Below are positions 11,379-22,539 of a DNA stretch of 64,000 nucleotides, in pieces (position 1 is the stretch's first letter; the number at the start of each line of letters is the position of its first letter). Under the pieces are notes generated by a model. That model did not search any database and was not told where the DNA came from. It worked only from the letters and a program-made list of their open reading frames with translations. Source of the stretch: Methanotrichaceae archaeon. GTDB lineage: Archaea > Halobacteriota > Methanosarcinia > Methanotrichales > Methanotrichaceae. The position numbers and the translations under genes are program-made. The stretch is taken from the NCBI GenBank assembly GCA_963756915.1, contig CAVWPP010000036.1:26557-90556 (forward strand), read 5' to 3'.

Positions 11379-12019
11379 TCATGAACCTCCTTTCTCTAAA
11401 GGGTACTCAATTTAAACCCATTTTCCTGATACGTGAGCTTTAACCATTTATTCTTTTTGCTGATATCAAAGGCAATAGAACTCAATCATTCATGTTCTTA
11501 GGATATCTGAAGCGGTGAGAACAACTATTACGGTTAGGCCAGTTTTAGAAGAAGTTGAAAATTGATTTTATGAACTAAGATCTTGAACAAAATGAAAGAA
11601 ACGATCATTCAACGTTATGGTAATGCCTTACTCCAGTTAACTTATTAATCATATTATAATTATAGGAGTTTGTGCTAACCAGGATTATTTTAATATTGCC
11701 AGAGAATAGCACTCTGGATTAATTTTTAATACATTATATTAAAATCGATTAATCTATCGAAAGATTAATATATGAAAAAAGTAACTAATCTTATCGGCGG
11801 AGTAAACCTTTGGAAGAGTGAAATGGCTTTATTCTTCCCACACCCCCGATTTCTTCGCCATTTTCCCTTTTACGCTTCACGAATTTTAGCTCTTGTTTGA
11901 CCCTACACCGGAGAAAAATTGTCCAACCATTTATGGATTCTGATTATTATCTATATCTTTTATCTTGCAGATTTGGCTGCATCAACAATATAAGCAAGAA
12001 AAAAGTTTTAAAAAAAGTC

Positions 12020-13186
12020 TCAAGCGGATTGTGTGAAGGTATTTAGGTTCTCCGCGAATTTATTGCACGATCCGCTTGAACAAGGGCTTTTGAAGCTATG
12101 CTTATTGCTCTCTGTGCTGATGCCTGTGTTTGGTTGATTCGCGCAATCAGAATCGAAGCATTGGGTACTTGGTGTGGGATTATTCCTGAATAGTATTCTT
12201 CTACTGATCTCGAAGGACCCGAGATATTCAGCATTATCTTTTAGATTTTTCTGACCAGGAATCGTCTGTTTGGCATCAATGGCATAGAATCCCGTGAAGT
12301 TGTCAGCAGTGTTAAATTCTGCCGATTTCTTCAAAGATCCCGTCTGGTGCAAATTGAAATCCTGATTCTTGAATTCCATCTGCAAGACGTTATAACTTTC
12401 CTGCAATTTGGCGCCAACTCCACCAAAAACAGCCGAACTTTTAAAGCTCTCTGATCCGATAAGAGAGTCTCCGGGAGCCAGGGCATTGTAGTTATCAACG
12501 GCATCTTTCTCCTCAAAGTTCGGGTTGTTGCCTTTGGATTGATCTACAAGGTATTCATTCTTTACAAGAGCGTCCACACTGCCGCTGAATAGCACATTTT
12601 TGGTGGATTTAATCCCAGAGCTCATGGAGCGCACATTTTTGTCAAGTTGGAATTGGCCAGTTCCACTTACAGACGTTTCTGAAGCATAATCCAAATTCTG
12701 TACCGTGAAAGATCCCTTCCCTGGCTTTGATTCACTGCATCTAGCCGATGCATCTACGATGTACTCATATTGTCCAGCAATAGCATTCATATCCGGCCTG
12801 ACTTGAAGAACCTTGGAACGCGTGCTGCCAGATGGGATTGTTAGGCTATCCGTTGTCCAGCTAAACCAATCAGGAGGACAATTCTTGGAGCTTACGCCAA
12901 GCTCAGCTTCTACCTCGGTTGGCCCCTCGTTTTTGACATTGACCATGAACTCTATCGTTTTCCCTTGAGTTATGTATCCAGCGTCCTTCGATTTTTGTGG
13001 GCCAATCAGGTTCAGACTTACTTTTAGATATGTTTGTGGATCGATGCAGGCGCTTGGCAAATAATCAGGAATCGACGGTACAGTTGGTGATGGCCAGATG
13101 GTTTCTTTTGCAGCTATCGATCCATCACTGGAATCTTCTACAGTAGCAGAAACCTGGTAGGCCATTAAAATCAATATCAGCAACAA
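12020..13186 (-). CDS. Secreted protein: Ig-like domain plus a domain paralogous to the upstream gene
   Basis: Signal peptide. VKNEG...LQVRP..AGQYEY is Ig-like. The C-terminal half aligns by eye with 13244-14041. Confidence 0.75.
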   Translation of the reverse strand: MLLILILMAYQVSATVEDSSDGSIAAKETIWPSPTVPSIPDYLPSACIDPQTYLKVSLNLIGPQKSKDAGYITQGKTIEFMVNVKNEGPTEVEAELGVSSKNCPPDWFSWTTDSLTIPSGSTRSKVLQVRPDMNAIAGQYEYIVDASARCSESKPGKGSFTVQNLDYASETSVSGTGQFQLDKNVRSMSSGIKSTKNVLFSGSVDALVKNEYLVDQSKGNNPNFEEKDAVDNYNALAPGDSLIGSESFKSSAVFGGVGAKLQESYNVLQMEFKNQDFNLHQTGSLKKSAEFNTADNFTGFYAIDAKQTIPGQKNLKDNAEYLGSFEISRRILFRNNPTPSTQCFDSDCANQPNTGISTESNKHSFKSPCSSGSCNKFAENLNTFTQSA

Positions 13187-13243
13187 TCTTTTTATGTTAA
13201 AACCCCCTAAAAAATAAAAAAAAAGCTGCTGGGCAATTTATGC

Positions 13244-14041
13244 CTAGCAGTCTATGCCTTCACAAGGTACACGAATCCTTTCTGGAACAGGGTTTTCGTG
13301 GAACTTTATAGTCTTCTCGGCCTCGAATGTTCCGGTGAACATTTCGTGAGCCTTTATATCCTTGTAGAATATCTTATGCCAGGTGGCATCTGTGCCCCAA
13401 GTACCGTTAAAGGAGTTCTTGGTCTCTAAGCCAATCAGATGGGATGGGATGTAAGTGCCATCGCTAGATGTCATAAGATCCTCGACTGCAGCAGTATCCC
13501 TGCCGGCATCCTTGAGCTTGCCAATCAGGTTCTCAGGAGAAACGTTATTTGGCTGATAAGGCGTCGTGGAGGCAAAGAACGAGGTCTCGTCTTTCTCCAT
13601 TTCATTCACTGAGAACATCTCCTGAACGTTAGCGCCAATGCCTCCATAGAATGCCTTGGAATTGAGATATTTACCTCCGGTCAAGGGCGTGGCGCCAGTA
13701 TAAGTCATCTTGGTGGTCTCGAATAGATTCAAACCAGACTTGTTGCCACCATTCACAGAGCTTACATTTCTCTTGAGCTTTTCTGCATCTTGTGAGTAGG
13801 CATGCTCTGCATCCAGCTCCAAATCGCCATCTCCAGCCATAGTGTTGTAGTACTCGAGAGCTATCTTTTTGTCAACAATCGATGTACTAACGTCTATGAC
13901 TCCGGTTCCGGCAACCTTCTGGGCTTCACAAAATTGCTCGTACTGCACAGGCGGAACCAATGGGGGGTTAGCCAGCACAACGCCGCAACCTCCTATTAGA
14001 GCTACCGCCAACATCGCTACTATTAATACTACTCCCTTCAT
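13244..14041 (-). CDS. Secreted beta-rich protein, candidate envelope/sheath protein
   Basis: Clear signal peptide; alternating polar/apolar strands; terminal Cys residues. Confidence 0.75.
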   Translation of the reverse strand: MKGVVLIVAMLAVALIGGCGVVLANPPLVPPVQYEQFCEAQKVAGTGVIDVSTSIVDKKIALEYYNTMAGDGDLELDAEHAYSQDAEKLKRNVSSVNGGNKSGLNLFETTKMTYTGATPLTGGKYLNSKAFYGGIGANVQEMFSVNEMEKDETSFFASTTPYQPNNVSPENLIGKLKDAGRDTAAVEDLMTSSDGTYIPSHLIGLETKNSFNGTWGTDATWHKIFYKDIKAHEMFTGTFEAEKTIKFHENPVPERIRVPCEGIDC

Positions 14042-14325
14042 TTTCTTTTTCGCCCCCTATTTACTAAGTGGTTAATTTGAAGCTATTTCGCCCTTCTAGC
14101 GAGATTTAGCCTTCTATGAATCTGTTACATTTATATTATATAAATTTATCCTTCAAATACAACTTGAAAACCAAACCTCTTAAAGGGACATTTGCCATTG
14201 GTTACCTCTTCGACACACGCGATCAGGGGCATGAATAATCTTTTTTTTTAGCCGGGAAATTTTAAAAACAAAATGATTTCTCGTATATTGTCGTATTAAA
14301 TACATAGAGAGAATAGGGTCAAGTC

Positions 14326-16665
14326 ATGTCCACTTATCTGGAGCATCCTCTTCTCAAGAATGAGACAGTTGAGAAGCGGCTCTTCCAGTTGGATCTAGCG
14401 GCCACTGCCCTAAAGTCCTCCAGCCTGATAGTTGTACCAACGGGTTTAGGCAAGACTGTAATAGCACTTATGGTATTACTGGCAAGGTTGGATAAAGGAA
14501 AGATCCTTTTTTTAGCTCCCACAAAACCTCTGGTGGAGCAGCATGCAACCTTTTTAGGCCGTGTGCTTAAAGACGAAGGCACTGTCGTGATGATGACGGG
14601 TGAAACTCCGCCGGAGCGGCGCGTTGCCTTGTGGAAAAATTCAAGGATTGTGGCATCTACCCCGCAGGTAATCGAGAACGATCTTCTATCCAGGAGAATC
14701 GATCTTAAGGATGTTTCGCTTGTGATTTTCGATGAGGCGCACCGTGCTATAGGGAATTATGCTTACGTCTACATTGCCGAGCGATACAGCCGCGAGGCGA
14801 TGAGTCCCTTGTCATTGGGCATCACCGCAAGCCCCGGTAGTCAGAATGAAAAGATAGCAGAGATTTGCACCAACCTTGGCATCGAGAGAATTCTGACGAG
14901 GACTGAAGATGATCCCGACGTTGCACCTTTTATTCATCATCGTGAGATTGAGTGGGTAAAATTGAGCGTTCCAAGAGAGCTTCTCGATATCAAGACCGCC
15001 ATCGAAACCGTCTTGAAAAGGCGTATCGATGAGCTGAATTTGCTGGGGATCAGTTCCACCAGAATTGATCCGAAGGCATCTAAGAAGGAGCTTTTAGCAC
15101 TTCAGGCAGTGCTCATGTCCTCAGCCAAAGTACAAGCTAATCAGGCAACATTCATGGGCATCTCTCTGATGGCGGAGATCTTTAAACTCCACCATGCCGT
15201 CGAGCTGGCTGAGACCCAAGGTCCAGAAGCTCTGTCCCGATATTTTCAGAGGCTGCAGGGGGAGGCTCTCTCCCGAAGCGGCTCTAAGGCGTCACGTAGG
15301 ATTATGCAAGACCATATGTTCCAGAAGATAATAACCACCTTGCAGAATCTGAAGGTCGAACATCCCAAACCTGCTGCAGTAAAAAGAATTCTAGGTGAGC
15401 AAATAAAGGCCAAACCCGACTCGCGCATAATGGTTTTCACTAACTATCGAGATACTGCTTCTTCCCTATTAAAGTTCCTGAGAGATGATCCTGCCATCAA
15501 AGCTGTTCGTTTCGTCGGACAGTCTAGTCGAGAGGGTGACGAAGGATTAAGCCAAAAAAAGCAGGCTGAGATACTGCAGAAATTTCGGTCTGGCGAATTC
15601 AACGTATTAATTGCAACATCTGTAGGCGAAGAAGGTATCGACATACCAGCAACGGATCTGGTCCTTTTTTACGAACCGGTTCCATCTGAGATTCGCAGCA
15701 TCCAGCGCAAAGGCCGGACGGGGCGAGCGAGTGCTGGCAGAGTTGTAGTATTAATGGCGAAAGGGACACGAGACGAGGCATATTACTGGATTTGCGACCG
15801 CAAAGAGAAGACCATGAATAAACAGATTCGTGATCTTAGCGGAAAGGCACAGGAATCTCTTGCTAAGGATTTTTTGCCCCAGCAACTTCACTTGACCAAT
15901 GAGCTAGCTAAGCCAATAGAGTCTTTTGGCGGAGGCTTGGCCAATGATATGTCTGCTTGGGCCAGTGGAACGAAGTCTCAATCAAGGGATAACACAAAAG
16001 AAAATGGTCCAGGAGACGCGCATATAGAGCCGGGAAAAATCTTTGTTGACCCAAGAGAGCGAGAAATGGCAAAGCTTCTTGAATCACAGGGGCTGGAAGT
16101 CACACTCAAGAATCTCAACGTTGGTGATTATATTGTCAGCGATAGAGTGGCCATCGAGCGTAAAACTACAAGGGATTTTGTATCTTCAATAATAGATCCA
16201 AAGAGAAATTTGTTCCGCCAGATAGGCGACTTGTCCAGAAGCTATGACCGGCCGGTTTTGATACTGGAAGGGCGGGACCTTTACGTTTCCCAAGTAAGTC
16301 CAGCCTCTATTCGTGGAGCTCTGGCATCAATTGCCGTTGATTATGGTGTTCCAATTATTCCCACAGAGGATCAAAATGAAACGGCTCTTGTAATAGCCGT
16401 GCTTGCTTTTCGGGAGAAAAATGAAGGGCGAGAGCCAAAAGTGCACGGCCATAAAACTGCGCGAACCTTAAAAGAACAGCAGGAATATTTGATCGCAGCC
16501 ATACCGAGCGTTGGGCCAACAGTAGCAAGGAACCTGCTCAAACATTTTGGGTCGATCAAGAAAATTATTACCGCCTCAAAGGAAGAGCTGCAAGAGGTAG
16601 TATTAGTAGGACCCAAAATTGCAGAGAGAATCAGTGAGCTAGTGGATGGAGAATATAAAGGATAG
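14326..16665 (+). CDS. hef: Hef helicase-nuclease (SF2 DEAH + ERCC4 + HhH)
   Basis: PTGLGKT, DEAH, QRKGRTGR, GDY..ERKT nuclease motif, C-terminal HhH pairs. Confidence 0.95.
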   Translation: MSTYLEHPLLKNETVEKRLFQLDLAATALKSSSLIVVPTGLGKTVIALMVLLARLDKGKILFLAPTKPLVEQHATFLGRVLKDEGTVVMMTGETPPERRVALWKNSRIVASTPQVIENDLLSRRIDLKDVSLVIFDEAHRAIGNYAYVYIAERYSREAMSPLSLGITASPGSQNEKIAEICTNLGIERILTRTEDDPDVAPFIHHREIEWVKLSVPRELLDIKTAIETVLKRRIDELNLLGISSTRIDPKASKKELLALQAVLMSSAKVQANQATFMGISLMAEIFKLHHAVELAETQGPEALSRYFQRLQGEALSRSGSKASRRIMQDHMFQKIITTLQNLKVEHPKPAAVKRILGEQIKAKPDSRIMVFTNYRDTASSLLKFLRDDPAIKAVRFVGQSSREGDEGLSQKKQAEILQKFRSGEFNVLIATSVGEEGIDIPATDLVLFYEPVPSEIRSIQRKGRTGRASAGRVVVLMAKGTRDEAYYWICDRKEKTMNKQIRDLSGKAQESLAKDFLPQQLHLTNELAKPIESFGGGLANDMSAWASGTKSQSRDNTKENGPGDAHIEPGKIFVDPREREMAKLLESQGLEVTLKNLNVGDYIVSDRVAIERKTTRDFVSSIIDPKRNLFRQIGDLSRSYDRPVLILEGRDLYVSQVSPASIRGALASIAVDYGVPIIPTEDQNETALVIAVLAFREKNEGREPKVHGHKTARTLKEQQEYLIAAIPSVGPTVARNLLKHFGSIKKIITASKEELQEVVLVGPKIAERISELVDGEYKG

Positions 16666-16867
16666 CATAAAATAATTTTTAAAAAGTCGTTGAGAATTCA
16701 ACATATTTAAGAACTACTCCTTAATAATTTAGAATTTGCATTTTAAGCCCTTTTTAAAAATGAGAAAGTTCAAATAGTATTGGCGCAAATCAATAATAAA
16801 AAACTTAGCCAGATATTGTAAGATTCAGGTTCTCCATCGAGGGGATGGATGAAAGTTAATCTAAATC

Positions 16868-17353
16868 ATGGATATTCTTGGGGGAATAAAGACGTCAATG
16901 TTAGTACCAATTGGTATAATCATGCTCAGTGGCGCTGTGGGCGGCATTGTGAATGCTCTTGTAAGCGATAACGGATTCATTAAGCCTAGCGAGGAGATAG
17001 CGGGTGATGTAACCATTATCCGACCTGGTTTTGCAGGAAATATACTTCTAGGGACTACAGCCGCCTTTATCTCCTGGGGCCTTTATGGAACATTTAGCAA
17101 CGCAATCGTCTACGGAGCAGCGTCCGGGCTTGGGATGGCGGATATTTCAGTCTCAATTTCCTCCATTGCGGGAGCTGTCCTTGTGGGAATCGGTGGTGCA
17201 CGTTGGCTGACCAATGAAGTAGATAAAAAGCTTCTCAGAGCAGCAGCTGCTACAGCCGCGGCCTCCAAAGCCTCGTTTAATGATTCTAAGAGGATTGCTG
17301 GGGCAACACCCAATCAAGCATTCAATATCGCCAAGAAGATGTACCAAGAATAA
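16868..17353 (+). CDS. Hypothetical membrane protein (3 TM)
   Basis: 161-aa ORF with Gly-rich hydrophobic helices. Confidence 0.7.
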   Translation: MDILGGIKTSMLVPIGIIMLSGAVGGIVNALVSDNGFIKPSEEIAGDVTIIRPGFAGNILLGTTAAFISWGLYGTFSNAIVYGAASGLGMADISVSISSIAGAVLVGIGGARWLTNEVDKKLLRAAAATAAASKASFNDSKRIAGATPNQAFNIAKKMYQE

Positions 17354-17367
17354 CAATACTCGCATTA

Positions 17368-18132
17368 TTGATACGCGATTACGACCACAGAACGCATGCG
17401 GGCAATGCAGGCGACGTCTGGAAGCATTTTCTGTTACTGGAGGTGGCAGATTTCCTCCTTGTCCCAGACGAAATATTGGTCTATGCGGAAAGCCATGTAG
17501 GACGTCCTGAGTATGTTCTGAAGAGCTCCAGGTGATTGGGAAGGTGGAATTGGCAAGCTCTGGCCGATCCTTCCCCATCTCAGGAATTTTTGCTATTTTG
17601 ATATCCTGGCAGATTTCAATTCTTACTGGCCTGAGTCGCTATCCCGGATCGACCCGGCTCGTGTGGGAGCTGGCAAGGCGAAAGAGGGCGAAGTTAGAGG
17701 TTGAGGTCTGGGACATCGATGAAAATGTCGAGTCTGCCTGGAGTGAATACCATAAACTCCCTATCACTTCCTTCCATTTGGGTGACGGTTTTTCAGGAGT
17801 CAGGTCGTCTTCTGAACGAAGCGATTCCAGGACTTCTGCTCATAGATCCGCCCTATGTTGATCCAGAGGACGCAAATGCAGCGGAAAAGTTGTTTGATAT
17901 GGCACGGGAATTGGACTGGACAGTTCTCTGCTGGTATATGATAGATAGAGAGATTCTTCCCAAGGACCGTATCCATGAATTCTCAATCCAGTTCTCCCAG
18001 ATTGGACTGGACTATTGCGGAGCGAAAGGCTGCACCGTTAAAGTAGCCTGCTCAAACCGCACCCTACTCGCACCGCATGGAAGAAAGGATCAAGGAGTTC
18101 CAGAAGACAGTTCAAAATCTCGCCGCTTCTAG
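17368..18132 (+). pseudogene. RlmJ-like adenine-N6 methyltransferase, split by frameshifts
   Basis: Across frames: YDHRTHAGNAGDVWKH, YAESHVGRPEY, RYPGS, LLLIDPPY. Compare RlmJ YRHSFHAGNHADVLKH, YPGSP, IDPPY. Confidence 0.75.
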
Positions 18133-18259
18133 AAAATTTTTAAAAACTTGAGAACCAGTAGCTATCAGAAACTAATTCCTCCGTCGATTTCTATTCATCG
18201 AAATCATTATATACACATGCAAAGTGACTCAAAGATCAAGCCTGTGGGGGCTTCTAGAT

Positions 18260-20260
18260 ATGGAGATACCGCTGCTTGGAGATATAGCCGTCATATTTGT
18301 GCTCTCTGTATTAGTCTTATTCATATTCCATAAGATAAAGGCACCGACTATTGTGGGCTTTCTAGTTACGGGAATACTGGCAGGACCACAGGGTCTGGGA
18401 TTAATCCATGCCGCGGATCAGGTTAGCGTCCTGGCGGAGATCGGCGTTATCCTGCTGCTTTTTACTATCGGCTTGGAGGTATCTCTAAAAGACCTGCTGA
18501 AGATCAAGAAGTACGTCCTGGTAGGCGGATCGCTCCAGGTTGCTCTGACCATCCTTGCTGGTCTTTGCCATATTGAGATTCTCTGGGGTGGCCAGTGGGA
18601 ACATCTATCCTTCTTGGGTTTCTCGTATCCCTGAGCAGCACTGCCATTGTGCTCAGGATAATTCAGAGCAAAGCTGAGTTCTACACCCCACAGGGTCGAA
18701 CAATTCTGGGCATACTGATCTTTCAGGATATTGCGATAGTTCCCATGATGCTTATTACGCCCCTTCTGCCAGGAGTTACAGGAGGCGTGACAGATTCGCC
18801 GCTGGTCATTCTGGCCAAAGGACTGGGCTTGATCGTCCTGGTGATTATTAAGCGCCAAATGGATCGTGCCAAAGACTGCTCTATCATATTGTCAGGATTG
18901 GCGATAGAGAGCTATTCCTGCTGAGCCTGGTTGCGATATGCTTTGCAGTGGCCTGGATCACCTCTCTTGCTGGATTGTCCCTGGGATTGGGTGCATTTCT
19001 GGCAGGCCTTACGATATCCGAGTCTCAGTACAGCCACCAGGCTTTTGGCAATGTGCTGCCACTGCGAGATGCCTTCACCAGCTTCTTCTTCGTCTCCATA
19101 GGAATGCTTCTGGATGTCGATTTTCTGCTGCAAAATCCGGCGTATATCTTACTCCTTGCCTTGGGCGTTATGGTATTAAAGGCCCTGATCGCCGGCTCTG
19201 TGATAGCTCTTATAGGGCTTCCACTTCGCATAACTATCCTTGTTGGTCTTGCCTTGAGCCAGATAGGGGAATTCTCCTTCGTCCTCTCCCAGGTCGGTCT
19301 AGGAAATGGTCTGCTCTCCGCAAGAGGTTTACCAGATATTTCTCGATGTCACTGTGCTGACCATGGCTGCTACATCCTTCATCATAACAATCTCTCCCAA
19401 GGTGGCTGATGCCGTAATGCGGCTGCCACTCCTAAAGAGCCGGAATTCCTCAGATCCTCTGAGCCCAATAAGCGCAAATATCGAGGCCATGAAAGATCAC
19501 CTCATAATCATAGGCTATGGCGTCAATGGCAGAAATGTGGCCAGATCAGCCAGAAGCGAAGACATACCTTATCGTAATAATAGACATCGACCCGGAGATA
19601 GTCAAGATTGAAGCTAACAAGGGCGAGCCAATCAGCTATGGAGATGCGACCCAGGAGACTGTTCTTCAGCAGGCTGGGATCGATAATGCCAGAGTGATGG
19701 TGATAGCAATTTCGGATCGAGCGGCAACCCGCAGGATAACCGATCTTGCCAGGAGACTGAATCCAGATATATATATAATAGCCAGGACCCGTTATATTCA
19801 GGAGATGGAAATTCTGCACGATCTTGGAGCAAATGAGGTCATTCCAGAGGAGTATGAGACATCTGTAGAGATATTCAGCAGAGTTCTGGAGAAATACCAG
19901 GTGCCAAGGGAAAGGATCGAGTCCTTTATCGACCATATCAGATCAGATGGATATGAGATGTTCCGAAGCATCTCCAAGGAGCCTTATTGCGATTCTAATC
20001 TCAGCATGATCAGGCAACGATATCATCACTCTTAAGGTTTGTGAAGGATCCCCGGTCGCAGGAAGATCCATCGCCGATATCGGAGCTAAAAGAATACGGA
20101 AACAACTTTGCTGGCAATACATAGAGGTTCCGAAACCCTGAATGATCCCGATGAGAACACTGTGCTTCTGCCCGATGATTTGGTTGTTCTCCTTGGATCT
20201 AAAATAGGAATATCGCTTGTCGAGGATTTGTTTAAAAATTCAAAGATCAAAAGTGATTGA
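18260..20260 (+). pseudogene. CPA2/KefC-type K+/H+ antiporter with TrkA-N and TrkA-C domains; many frameshifts
   Basis: AEIGVILLLFTIGLE, SLSSTAIV, LIFQD, LGAFLAG, SQIGEFSFVL, IIGYGVNG, YGDAT spread over several frames. Confidence 0.85.
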
Positions 20261-20342
20261 TCATGCAAGGGTCGTTAAGAACCAAAAAAAGCGCAAATTG
20301 CTTTTGCATTACCGTTAGGTTTATCCACTCTCTTGCAGAAAA

Positions 20343-22053
20343 ATGAGGATAAGGGGATCTATACTGCATAAAGTCTACCGACTTTTATTCTCATTACTGG
20401 GCGTTTTTATACTTTACAGTCTGGTCTTCATGGCACTGATGAGCTTAGAAGGGCAGTCCCAGAATGTGAACATCGCCACGGCCATTTATTGGGTGGTTGT
20501 GACCATGACCACGCTTGGATTTGGAGACGTTGTCTTCAAAACAGCTATCGGATACTTTTTCACGATCATTGTCGCGCTCACCGGAATTGCCGTGCTCTGG
20601 GCCGTAATCATGCCTCTGGTAATCACTCCCAGGCTTGAGCATCTGGTTAGAGCAGCTCCAAGTTCCGCTCCTGAGAAGCTTATGGATCATATAATAATTT
20701 CTGGTTACAATCCTATTGTGGAACCTCTAGCGGAGAGATTCTTGCTGCTAGATATAACCATTTCTGATCATTGAACGATCGGAAGAGGTTGCGAGAGATA
20801 TTTATCGGAAATATCCAACACTCTGGGGAATTCCGTCCGATATTGAAGTACTGGAAAAAGCGAATATCGACTCAGCTCGACTCTTCCTGGCCAATGAGAA
20901 GGACGAATTAAATGCAGAGGTAATTCTAACTCTTCGCGAGATATCGAACGTCGAAGTCATTGCACTGGTAGACGATCTCGCTAGAGCTAGATTTCTGAGA
21001 TATGCTGGCGCCACTAGGATAATATCCCCTAAGACACTTCTTGGAACCTTTATTGCTAAGATCACATCGCCTCCCCAAAAAAATGTATTTCCTGGAGCCA
21101 TCCAGCTATTTGGAGATCTGATGCTTGTCGAATTGCCCATCTACCCAGGAGCTGAGCTAATAGGAGAGATGATAGTTGAAAATGCGATCAAGGATACGGG
21201 AGCCAGCATTGTTGGCATCTGGCAGAGAGGAGTCTTCGTTCCTAGCCCGGGACCAAAAGAAGTTGTGCGTTCAAATTCTGTCTTAATGGCAGTGGGAAAT
21301 ATCGAACAGCTCAACCAAATTAGAGATCTCACGATTGGGCCTAGAAAAGAGGGACCTCAAATAATCCTTGGATATGGGGATGTAGGAAAGCGCGTAGCCA
21401 GGGTCCTTGGAGACTGTGGAACAAAACCATTGGTTGTGGATAAAAATGATCTACAAACGATTCCGTTCCGGCAAATTAAAGGAGATGCCACACTGGAAAT
21501 CAATCTCATTAATGCAGGAATCAAAGAGGCGGTGGGCATTTTGATAATGTTAAATCGTGATTCGGACGCCGTTTATGCAACACTTCTAGCCAAGAATCTG
21601 AATCCAAATGCCTTCATAGTGGTAAGAGCAAATCGAGTCAAATCTGCCGAGAAGATTTACAGAGCTGGAGCGGATTATGTAGCATCTCTTCCAATCGTTG
21701 CCAGCCATATGCTGGCAAAAATCATACAGAAAAAAGATGAGGAGCTGGATCTGCTGTACGAGGATCTGGAGCTAAAGATTTTCCATGTGGAAAAGCGGTC
21801 TCGGATGAAAGGAGCGACTCTGCAAGAACTGGATCTTCCGGCGAAGTTCGGTTGTCGAGTAGTGGCCATGGAACGGAAAGGTCAATATATTGCAGTGCCA
21901 AAGGCAGATACCATAATAGATGAAGGCGACATTCTTGCATTGATTGGCAATCCGAACGGTATTGAGGCTTTTTGGAGAGCATATTTTCGAAAGCGGACCT
22001 TGAAACAGATGCTGAAAGATCTGGGCCAAAACTGGGCCGATAATAGTCCCTAG
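20343..22053 (+). CDS. 2TM potassium channel with tandem RCK (TrkA-N/C) domains; frameshift ~20757
   Basis: TMTTLGFGD filter; ISGYN and ILGYGDVG Rossmann motifs. Confidence 0.85.
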
Positions 22054-22355
22054 CTCGATAATTTTATGTGGAGCCGGGATGGGTACCGTGAAATCCAAAT
22101 TTCGTTGATTTTTTTTAAAAAATTATTTGGTAGTGATTATAAATCATATGCCCCAGACAGATATTAATATAATTCAAACTGATATATGCACCAATTGTTA
22201 TATCTCCACCCTATCTCTTTAATATACAACAGGAATTTAGTTTTAGAAATGCCATGATGTTTAATCAATCTTCCTTGGCAAACTACAGAATCCTTCTACA
22301 CCGTTGATACATACCGTTCCTTACTTAAATTTGTAGCCATAATCGATATTTAAGT

Positions 22356-22427
22356 GCTTTTGGTGAGGATGGATAACGGGAGTCCGGGTCGAGCGGAGAT
22401 GACCTGGAGAAGGCATGGCATGGGGCC
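22356..22427 (+). repeat. GC-rich dispersed intergenic repeat, copy R1
   Basis: GGATGGATAACGGGAGTCCGGGTCGAGCGGAGATGACCTGGAGAAGGCATGGCATGGGGCC. Confidence 0.75.
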
Positions 22428-22539
22428 AAAGGATCTTCAATGTATCTGCTATCCAATCCAAAGATCATCTTCAAGTTATCAACCGTCAAATGTTTATCGA
22501 TTAAATATGAGCATCTTCTAGCGAAAAGGAGGCGCTACT

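Noticed and set aside
18260-20260. Programmed frameshifting or phase variation in the Kef gene
   Set aside because: Too many shifts at unrelated contexts and no consistent slippery motif; error or decay is simpler
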